A DNA stretch of 64,000 bases. It comes from Myxococcota bacterium (lineage in GTDB: Bacteria > Myxococcota_A > UBA9160 > UBA6930). The notes below the pieces were generated by a model. That model was not told the origin of the DNA, did not search any database, and was given only the letters and a program-made list of their open reading frames with translations. Location of the stretch: NCBI GenBank assembly GCA_965223415.1, contig OZ245002.1, positions 5,769,098 to 5,833,097 of the forward strand. Direction: 5' to 3'. Numbering within the stretch: position 1 is the stretch's first letter; each line of letters starts with the position of its first letter. Shown piece after piece: positions 55,686-64,000 of the stretch. Made by a program: the position numbers and the translations under genes.

Positions 55686-55703
55686 GGCGTCTCCTCGATG
55701 GGC

Positions 55704-56219
55704 TCAGGACGCGCGCCTGGCCCGCTTGGGGCCGGCTGCGAAGTCGTCCTTGGTGAACTGGTAGAGGGTGCGCGCGCGGGCGACCTCGGCGAAGGGAACC
55801 TCGCGAGGCTCGCCGTCGACCTCGACCTCCATCACGCGACCGTCGAAGGCGAGCAGCGTGCCGGTGAAGCGCCGCCGCCCGTCGACGGGCTGGCGCGTCT
55901 CGACCTTCACCTGCTGGCCGCAGGCGGCGTGGAAGTCCTTCTCCCGAGCGAGCGTCCGGTCGAGGCCGGGCGACGACACCTCGAGCTGGTAGCGGCCGGG
56001 CACCAGGTCGGCGGCGTCGAGCCCCACGCCGATCTCGCGAGAGACTTCGGCGCACCGGTCGACCGGAACCCGACCGTCGCCCTGCGGCGTGTCGACGATC
56101 ACCCGCACAGTCCAGGGCGCACGCCCCTGCCGCAGCTCGACGTCGACCAGCTCCAGGCCGTGATCTGTCACGATCGGCTCGATCAAGTCTCGGTACCCAT
56201 CCGGGATGTCCCGGTACAT
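55704..56219 (-). CDS. rimP: Ribosome maturation factor RimP
   Basis: YQLEVSSPGLDRTL motif; ATG at 56219. Confidence 0.95.
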   Translation of the reverse strand: MYRDIPDGYRDLIEPIVTDHGLELVDVELRQGRAPWTVRVIVDTPQGDGRVPVDRCAEVSREIGVGLDAADLVPGRYQLEVSSPGLDRTLAREKDFHAACGQQVKVETRQPVDGRRRFTGTLLAFDGRVMEVEVDGEPREVPFAEVARARTLYQFTKDDFAAGPKRARRAS

Positions 56220-56303
56220 CCTGTTGCCACCGTCACCTCTCCGAGCGCCATCGAGCGCAGGCGACACACCTCCGCTCGAAGCCCCGAAGAAGACTCCACA
56301 AAC

Positions 56304-56328
56304 AAAAAAAGTGGACGACCGTCCACTT
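56304..56328 (-). terminator. rimP-leader intrinsic terminator/attenuator
   Basis: AAGTGGAC-GGTC-GTCCACTT hairpin running into a T7 tract, between the promoter and rimP. Confidence 0.8.
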
Positions 56329-56352
56329 CTTCCACGCGTCCCAAGCGGGCGT

Positions 56353-56381
56353 AACCTATCCAAACCATTGAGGTTTGGCAA
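56353..56381 (-). promoter_or_regulatory. Sigma-70 promoter of the rimP-nusA-infB operon
   Basis: TTGCCA-N17-TAGGTT just upstream of the leader terminator. Confidence 0.65.
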
Positions 56382-56432
56382 CGCGGGGGAAGACCCGGGA
56401 GGCCCCGCGGGGGGTTCCGCGGCCCGGGGTTT

Positions 56433-57230
56433 GGGTTGGGTTGGGTTGGGGGCGCGTTCCGGCTACGAGGCGGGGATCTCGGCTGGATCGAGCGCGGGCC
56501 CCGCCCTGCGCCAGCCCGTACCGAGGAGCCAGGTATGGGGGTCGGCGATGGCCCGGAGACTCCCTCCAAGCCGCTCTCGTGCCTCTGCGACGAGGTCCCG
56601 GTTCCTGGCGGTGCGCTTCCACCCCTCGAACCAGCGGCCGGAGGAGGCCGGATCGATCCCCACGGCGGCATCCCGCCGCCGCGCGTGCTTCCACCCGTTC
56701 AGGAGCACGCAGCGGAGCGCGTTCCGCACCTGGGTCGGCGTCTTCAAGCACGACGTGGTGATACCGGTCCTTCAGAACCGGCCCGGTCCGCGCGAAGACC
56801 CGGTTCACGGCTCGGGCCAGCCGCACTCCCAGCGACTTCATCCCCCGCCCGAGCGCCTCGAACCCGTTCGCCTCCACGATCAGGTGGACGTGATCCCCCT
56901 GGATCGAGTAGTGCACGAGCCGGAAGTCCCCCCGGTCACAGGCCTTCGCGAAGGACCGCTCGACCTCGTGCACGAGCTTCGCACTGCGGAGGGAGGGCAC
57001 GTCGTCCCGCACCTTGAGCGTGACGTGACACGGATCGCGTGAGGCCAGCATTCCCCGCCGCAGATGGGGCACGTTCGGGTTGGGCCCCGACTTCCGCCCG
57101 GCAAGGCCGGCAGACATGACGAGCACCCCGGCAAGGGCACCGCGCCCCGATCGGCCGCGACGCTTCCGCGTCCCGCAGAGAGAAGGAAGCCGCGAAACCT
57201 CCCGGACGCGCCCCGGTCCCAACCGAACCC
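56433..57230. mobile_element. Degenerate RAYT-like element bounded by imperfect inverted repeats
   Basis: Arms 56433-56462 and 57202-57230 match at 25 of 30 aligned positions and flank an HUH transposase remnant. Confidence 0.55.
56463..57117 (-). pseudogene. Frameshifted HUH (Y1/RAYT-like) transposase; 5' end uncertain
   Basis: CHVTLK...FRLVHYSIQGDHVHLIVEA...DRYHHVVL in one frame continues as KTPTQVRNAL...DPASSGRWFEGW...TWLL in another; shift near 56747. Confidence 0.78.
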
Positions 57231-57240
57231 CAGCCTCGAA

Positions 57241-57676
57241 TCATCCCCCCTCTCCCCGAACCATCCTCACCGCATCCTCTCCGTCCCCGTAGTACTCCCC
57301 ACGCACGCCGGCCTCCTCGAACCCGAGCGCTCGATAGAACGCCCGCGCGCCGCGGTTCCCCGCCCGCACCTCCAGGTGCACCACACGAACCGCTTCCTCC
57401 CGGAGCGCCGCCTCCACCAGCCTTCTCCCGATCGCCTCCCGCCGCCGGCTCGCAGCCACGCCCATCCACAGGATCTCCAGCTCGTCCGCCGCGAGCTGCG
57501 CCAGCAGGAAGCCGGCGAGGCCCTCCCCTTCCGGCACGACCGGCACGACCCACAGGCACCCGCCCGGGGCCTCGAGGAAGCGCCGCAGGCTCTTCGCGTC
57601 GGCGGCGGCGGGCAGGACGTCGGCGGCGAGAGCGGCGGTGGCGCGGAGGTCGCCGGGGCCACCCCGGCGAACGCTC

Positions 57677-57684
<8 letters not shown>
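57241..57684 (-). CDS. GNAT acetyltransferase, RimI-like
   Basis: LEVRAGN...FYRALGF...R..YYGDGEDA motif; GTG overlaps the 3' end of the response regulator. Confidence 0.85.
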
Positions 57685-59026
<1,342 letters not shown>

Positions 59027-59034
59027 GGTCGAGG

Positions 59035-59063
59035 ATCGTCCGGTGTGGGGGTCGGGCTGTCAA
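59035..59063 (-). promoter_or_regulatory. Putative sigma-70 promoter for the ntrX-like gene
   Basis: TTGACA-N17-GACGAT, 8 nt before the GTG start. Confidence 0.5.
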
Positions 59064-59120
59064 CGCCCGCGGGGGAGGGGCCTCTCCGCAGCTGCGGTAC
59101 AACTCCGGACACCGACCCAG

Positions 59121-59677
59121 GTGATCACGGGCGGGACCGACGCGGAGGTGTTCGCCTTCATCGAGGATCCCCAGGGCGGAGGCACCGGTCTCCGCGCCTC
59201 CGTCGAGAGCTACGGGTACAACACGGGCTACACCTACGCGGTGCTCGAGGACCTGATCGACGTCTTCGACCCGCCGGACGACAAGCTCGTGTGCTCCGGC
59301 ATCACGGCGCGCAGCGGTCCGAACCCGATCCACCCGAGGCTGCCGGGCGTGTCGGCCGGATCGTGTGGAAGGTCTTCCTGGGCAGCGTGATCCTCCAGGA
59401 CCAGGCCTACCGCGAGTCCCTGTGCGACGTGGACAACGCCTTCTTCGAGGTGGTCGAGGCGGCGGGTCTCCTGGGCATGGGCACCCTGGCCCGGCGGGAC
59501 GCGGAGCTCGGACGCCAGGCGGTGCTGGCCGGCGGCCCGGTGCTCCAGGGGTGGCTGGCCGCCCACGCGTTCGGGCTCACGGCCCCCCGCGGCCCCGATC
59601 CCCACGACCCGGCGACGGACCCCCGCGTCCTGCCTTTCTTCGACCTCGGAACCACGCCGCTGCGGAGGCTTCGTTAG
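59121..59677 (+). pseudogene. Probable frameshifted gene fragment of unknown family
   Basis: GC3-biased codons in one frame (VITGGTDAEVFAFIED...) switch to a second frame (RIVWKVFLGSVILQD...) near 59350; no clear start. Confidence 0.4.
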
Positions 59678-59689
59678 GCGAGCTGGGCG

Positions 59690-60832
59690 TCATTCTTCGC
59701 GCCCATCGACCAGCCGGTACGGCCCGCGCGCCGCCATGTGGACCAGGGCGACCACGTCGGATTGGCGCCGGACGCCGAGCTTGCGGAAGACCGCCTTCAG
59801 CTGGGTGCGCACGGTCTCGGTCGAACGCCGGGTGCGCTTCGCGACGTCGGCCAGGGTGGCGCCGCCTCCGATGGCAACCGCCAGGCGGGCCTCGGCGGCC
59901 GTCAGGCCGTAAACCTCCCGCAGCACCGGCTCGGGAGAGAGCATGGCGCGGCTCGTGTCGAGGATGCCGACGACCGCGACGGTCTCCGACGCGTGGGTGG
60001 TGGACTCGGGCCGGACCGCCCGGTCGATGACGACCGCCAGCGGCGGATCCGTGCCGCGACGGGCGAGAGCCACGAGCGTCGGCGACCCTACCGTGCCGTC
60101 GAGGCAATCGCCGATGGCCTTCTGGAGGCGGGCACTGTCGCGGGCCGTCGTCCCCCTCAAGGTACATCCGTCGAGGGTGATGCCGTCGCCCCCCTCGAAG
60201 GTGCGCCGGGCCGCGCCGCTGCTCCAGGTGACCCGGCCCTCCCGGTCCAGCAGGCACACGCCCTCCGGCGACCCGTCCAGCGCGTAGAGGGCCGCGTCTC
60301 GAAGGCTCTCGGCCAGCTGGAGGCGCCAGGCCACCTGGGTGGCCTGGGCCATGTGGGGATCGAGGTCGCGGCAGAAGGCGATCTCCCCGTCGGTGAAGGG
60401 CCGCCGCCCCAGCACCATCCAGCCGAAACCGGGGTCGTCGCGGCTGCTCGGGTGCAGGCTGCCGAGCACCGCCTCGGCCAGGTAGCCCTGGGGCTCCATC
60501 CACTCCCGGTGGAAGCGGTGCTTGACGATCTCCTCCGGCGTCACGTGATCGGTCAGACGGAGCAGCTCGCCCGGGTGGCGGACGCCGATGTCGAACCAGG
60601 GGGCCTCGTCCGGCCCGAACGAGGCGCCGACCTCGCGATAGCCCTTGGGCACGTGGGTCGTGACCAGCTCGCCGGCATGGAAGGGAGGCTGGATGTAGCG
60701 AGCGACGCCGACGAACGCCCCACCGAGCGCGGCGCTCAGATCCTCCAGCAGCGGTGAGGGCCAGCTCCCGTTCAGCGGCGTGGCGTGGACGCGGCGGATG
60801 AAGGCGAGCAGGGTATCGGAGCTGGGCGGCAT
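59690..60832 (-). CDS. LuxR-type HTH regulator with GAF/PAS-like N-terminal region
   Basis: C-terminal YGLTAAEARLA...ETVRTQLKAVFRKLGVRRQSDVV; GVCLLDREGRV PAS-like motif. Confidence 0.85.
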   Translation of the reverse strand: MPPSSDTLLAFIRRVHATPLNGSWPSPLLEDLSAALGGAFVGVARYIQPPFHAGELVTTHVPKGYREVGASFGPDEAPWFDIGVRHPGELLRLTDHVTPEEIVKHRFHREWMEPQGYLAEAVLGSLHPSSRDDPGFGWMVLGRRPFTDGEIAFCRDLDPHMAQATQVAWRLQLAESLRDAALYALDGSPEGVCLLDREGRVTWSSGAARRTFEGGDGITLDGCTLRGTTARDSARLQKAIGDCLDGTVGSPTLVALARRGTDPPLAVVIDRAVRPESTTHASETVAVVGILDTSRAMLSPEPVLREVYGLTAAEARLAVAIGGGATLADVAKRTRRSTETVRTQLKAVFRKLGVRRQSDVVALVHMAARGPYRLVDGREE

Positions 60833-61026
60833 GCTCGGGTTCGGCGAGGAGGAAGGAGTAGAAGGAAGGGACCGCGCGGGCCACGCGAGGGACCCTGACG
60901 CCTTCACCGGAGGCGGGTGCTCCCTCCTCCAGCGACAGCTCCCCCCGCCGTGGCAGCGCGGCCCCTTCACAGAACCATACGTCCCGTCTGCGACCGACGG
61001 TTCGGTCCCATGCTAGGCACCGGCAC

Positions 61027-61094
61027 CCGGGGATTCGTCACCCAGATGAGGTACGCCTGCCCACCTCATTTGGGGTGGTGTGTGACGAACCCGG
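61027..61094. repeat. Long imperfect hairpin just downstream of the ntrY-like stop
   Basis: Outer arms TTCGTCAC/GTGACGAA, inner arms CCAGATGAGGT/ACCTCATTTGG, 10-nt loop. Confidence 0.65.
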
Positions 61095-61099
61095 CGCAC

Positions 61100-63397
61100 T
61101 CAGGTGCTCTTGACCGGGAGCTCCACGATGAAGCGGGTGCCGGCCGGCTTGCGCTCGTGCACCCGGATGTAGCCGTGGTGGTCGGCCACGATGCGCGAGA
61201 CGATCGCCAGCCCGAGCCCGGTGCCGTGGTCCTTCGTCGAGAAGTAGGGCTCGAAGACCCGGCGGCGGTCCTCGGGGCGGATCCCCACGCCGTCGTCCTC
61301 GATCTCGAGGCGCGCGGTCTGGAGTGGGGCATCGTGCACCGTGCGCACCGCCACCTGCCCGCCTCCGGGCCGATCGCCGACGGCGGCACAAGCGTTGTCG
61401 ATCAGGTTCGTGAGCACACGGCGCATCTGCTCCCGATCGAAGTCCACCTTGGGCAGGGTCGCGTCGAGCTCGGTCGTGAAGGCCACGCTCTCGGTTCCGG
61501 CGTAGCTCGAGGTCGCCTCCTGGACGAGCTGGTTGAGGTCGTCGGGCCGGGGCTTGGCGGCGGGCAGGCGTGCGAAGTTCGAGAACTCGTTCACCAGCAC
61601 CTTCAGGCCTTCGACCTGGCTGGTGATCGTGTCCACGCACTCGTCGAGCACGTGGGCGTCGTCCGGGGCGGCTTCCAGGCGATCGCGAAAGCGCCTCCGG
61701 ATGCGTTGGGCGGAGAGCTGGATCGGCGTCAACGGGTTCTTGATCTCGTGGGCGATGCGCCGCGCGACCTCGCGCCAGGCGGCCATGCGCTGGGCGCGCA
61801 CCTCCTGGGTGTAGTCGTCGAAGACGATCACCGAGCCCAGCGGGCCGCCCTCGTCGTCCTGCAGGAGGGAGAGGGTCACCGCCAGCGTGTGGACGTCCTC
61901 ACCGCTCGGGACCAGGGCCTGGCGCCGCACGCTCTCCCGGATGCCGATGCGGGTCTGGCCCTGGAGCTCGCGGATCACGTCGAGGAGCTCGGGCTGCTCG
62001 AGCACCTCCTCGAGCTTGCTGCCGATGACGGACACGCCGGGGGCAACGCCCAGCAGCCGCTGGGCGGCGGGGTTGATCGTGCCGATCCGCCCGTCGGCAT
62101 CGAGCGAGACCACCCCCGCGTCGACGTTGCGCAGCACGATTTCCATGTAGGCGCGCCGCTGGTCGAGCTCGGCGTTGCTGCGCTCGAGCCCGGAGAGCGC
62201 CTCCCGCAGGTCGTGGGTCATCTGGTTGAACGAGTTCACGAGGAAGCCGATCTCGTCGTCGGACTCCTGGGGGATCACGACGGTGAGATCGCCCTTCGCG
62301 ACCAGCTCGGTGCCCTCCGCCAGGGCCTGGATCGGGTCCGTCACCCCCTTGGCGATGCGCAGGCCCCACCAGGTGGCGAAGAGCACGATCACCAGGGAGA
62401 ACAGCAGGAGGACGAGCTGGTAAACGCCGGCGATCTGCCCCGCCAGCGGCTGGATCGCGCGGTACTCCTCCACCGCGCTCCGGATCGTGTCGACCTTGTA
62501 GACGAGGGCATGGGGAACGAGGTGGTTCACGACCACCGCACCGACGATCTCGTCGGGCCGCTGCGGATCCGACGAGTGGATCGGCACGCCGCCGCGGATC
62601 ACGTCGCCGATGTCGGTCCCGGTCGCTTCGACCACGGTCGTGGTCTCCCCCGCCAAGGCCGAGGCGACGATCGCGCTCTCCCGCTTCACGAAGGCGGCGG
62701 CGGGAATCTCGGGATTCACCAGCGTCGCGATGGGCTCCGCCTCGGCGAAGGGGAAGATCTGAACGACGCCCAGGTTGTACTCGCGCTGCTTCGTCTGGAT
62801 GAAGCGCTCGAGCTCGGAGCGGCGATCCTCCCGCAGCATCCGCTCGTGGGTGATCTGCTCGGCGATGCGCTCGCCGTAGTGCAACGCGTTGCGCGCCCAG
62901 GCGTCGTAGTAGGCGTCCGCCACCTCGCGGCTGTCGTCGATGGCCCGGTCCATCTGCAGACCGAACCAGGCGTTGATCGACGCGGTGATGAAGGAAGACG
63001 ACACCACGTACTGCACGCCCATCGGCACCGCCGCCATCAGGAAGAGCGCCAGCACGAACTTCAGGTTCAGGTGCGAGCCCAAGGTCCCCGAGCGCCGCTC
63101 GAAGACCAGCTTCACGAAGGCGCGGCCGATCAGGTAGACGAGGCCGACGATCAGGACGACGTTGAAGACGTTCAGGAACAGGAAGAGCAGGCTGTCGCCG
63201 AAGGGCAGCGCCTCGGGCAGGCTCGCCACCCGCTGCTCGACCAGCACCACCGCCCCGATGGCGGCGATGACGCCAGCGGTGATCAGCAGGTCGCGCCGCC
63301 TTCGGCGGCGTTCGGCGTCCGGCAATTCCTGGGGCGAACCCCGGTGTGCGCCCTCGGAACGATCCGGGTCCGGCCCGAGAGGCGGGGAGGTCGGCAT
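61100..63397 (-). CDS. NtrY-like sensor histidine kinase (TM-HAMP-PAS-HisKA-HATPase)
   Basis: AWREVARRIAHEIKNPLTPIQLSAQR, NLIDNA and GTGLGL motifs. Confidence 0.95.
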   Translation of the reverse strand: MPTSPPLGPDPDRSEGAHRGSPQELPDAERRRRRRDLLITAGVIAAIGAVVLVEQRVASLPEALPFGDSLLFLFLNVFNVVLIVGLVYLIGRAFVKLVFERRSGTLGSHLNLKFVLALFLMAAVPMGVQYVVSSSFITASINAWFGLQMDRAIDDSREVADAYYDAWARNALHYGERIAEQITHERMLREDRRSELERFIQTKQREYNLGVVQIFPFAEAEPIATLVNPEIPAAAFVKRESAIVASALAGETTTVVEATGTDIGDVIRGGVPIHSSDPQRPDEIVGAVVVNHLVPHALVYKVDTIRSAVEEYRAIQPLAGQIAGVYQLVLLLFSLVIVLFATWWGLRIAKGVTDPIQALAEGTELVAKGDLTVVIPQESDDEIGFLVNSFNQMTHDLREALSGLERSNAELDQRRAYMEIVLRNVDAGVVSLDADGRIGTINPAAQRLLGVAPGVSVIGSKLEEVLEQPELLDVIRELQGQTRIGIRESVRRQALVPSGEDVHTLAVTLSLLQDDEGGPLGSVIVFDDYTQEVRAQRMAAWREVARRIAHEIKNPLTPIQLSAQRIRRRFRDRLEAAPDDAHVLDECVDTITSQVEGLKVLVNEFSNFARLPAAKPRPDDLNQLVQEATSSYAGTESVAFTTELDATLPKVDFDREQMRRVLTNLIDNACAAVGDRPGGGQVAVRTVHDAPLQTARLEIEDDGVGIRPEDRRRVFEPYFSTKDHGTGLGLAIVSRIVADHHGYIRVHERKPAGTRFIVELPVKST

Positions 63398-63544
63398 GGC
63401 AGCTCCGTAAACCCTGGAAAAACCTAATCAAAGTGAAATCCCGGGGCAAGCGGATGGGGTTCAAGCCCGGCTCCGGGAAGACCGATGAGGGCCCCCAGGA
63501 ATGCGGACGCGCAGGGAACGCCGGCCCGGCGTTCCCCTGGGGGA

Positions 63545-64000
63545 ATGACAGTGGACGCGAATCTGGAGGGACTTCGCGCCCGGTTCGATGCGGACCCGGG
63601 TGACGGCCTCGCCTTCGAGGCGCTGGAGGAGGCCCACTTCCTGGCCGGGGAATGGGAAGCCCTCGTGGCGCTCTACGAACGGCGCCTGGAGGCCGACGCC
63701 CTCGGCGCCGGGAAGCAGGCGCCGGAGCGGGCGCGCCTCGTGCTGCGTCTGGCCCAGGTGCTGGAAGAGCGTTGCGTCGCACCCGACCGCGCTCTGGCGC
63801 GCTACGAGGAGGCGGTCTCCCTCGACCCGAGCCACCGCCCCGCCCTCGTCCAGCTGCGCCGCTGCTACGCCCAGCGCGAGCAGTGGAATCGCTACCTGGA
63901 GCTGACCCAGCAGGAGGCGGGCCTGCCGATGCGCCCGAGCGAGCAGGCCTCGTTCGCGACGGAGCTCGGTGAGGTGTGGCTGCACCGGCTGGGCGATCCC
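63545..64000 (+). CDS. TPR-repeat protein, N-terminal fragment running off the window
   Basis: Open frame from ATG 63545: ...AFEALEE...WEALVALYE...ALARYEEAVSLDPSHRPAL. Confidence 0.7.
   Translation, partial: MTVDANLEGLRARFDADPGDGLAFEALEEAHFLAGEWEALVALYERRLEADALGAGKQAPERARLVLRLAQVLEERCVAPDRALARYEEAVSLDPSHRPALVQLRRCYAQREQWNRYLELTQQEAGLPMRPSEQASFATELGEVWLHRLGDP

Noticed and set aside
61027..61094. Integron attC site
   Set aside because: No RYYYAAC/GTTRRRY boundary boxes seen and no integron integrase or cassette array

Overview
Very GC-rich, gene-dense bacterial chromosome segment. A Myxococcota-like origin is inferred from PilZ-DUF4388, PEGA and TPR proteins and several PEP-CTERM proteins; this was not confirmed by a search. 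Housekeeping content: RND efflux genes with a PsrA-like TetR, aceE-aceF-lpdA, ligD/ku (NHEJ), purL-purB, tRNA-Gly(GCC), pgsA, nadB, a long minus-strand run rimP-nusA-infB-DUF503-rbfA-truB-rpsO-pnp-dut-cdsA-purF-GS-like-puuD-like, and an NtrY/NtrX-like pair split by an ~2 kb insert. The most unusual items are: (1) a ~1080-aa protein that appears to fuse a PlsC-type acyltransferase to a permuted papain/LRAT-like His-Cys domain; (2) a coupled four-gene envelope operon (TPR protein, MIDAS-dead vWA lipoprotein, LolA-like protein, ExeA-like ATPase-PEGA) near two paralogous PEP-CTERM proteins sharing a CPxGGxxMCG motif; (3) a dead RAYT-like HUH transposase bounded by imperfect inverted repeats, one of which is a G-quadruplex motif just upstream of the rimP promoter; (4) a perfect 30-bp REPIN-like palindrome between ku and purL; (5) a CxxCH membrane protein. 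No CRISPR array, rRNA, integrase or prophage was seen. All family assignments come from motif recognition by eye.
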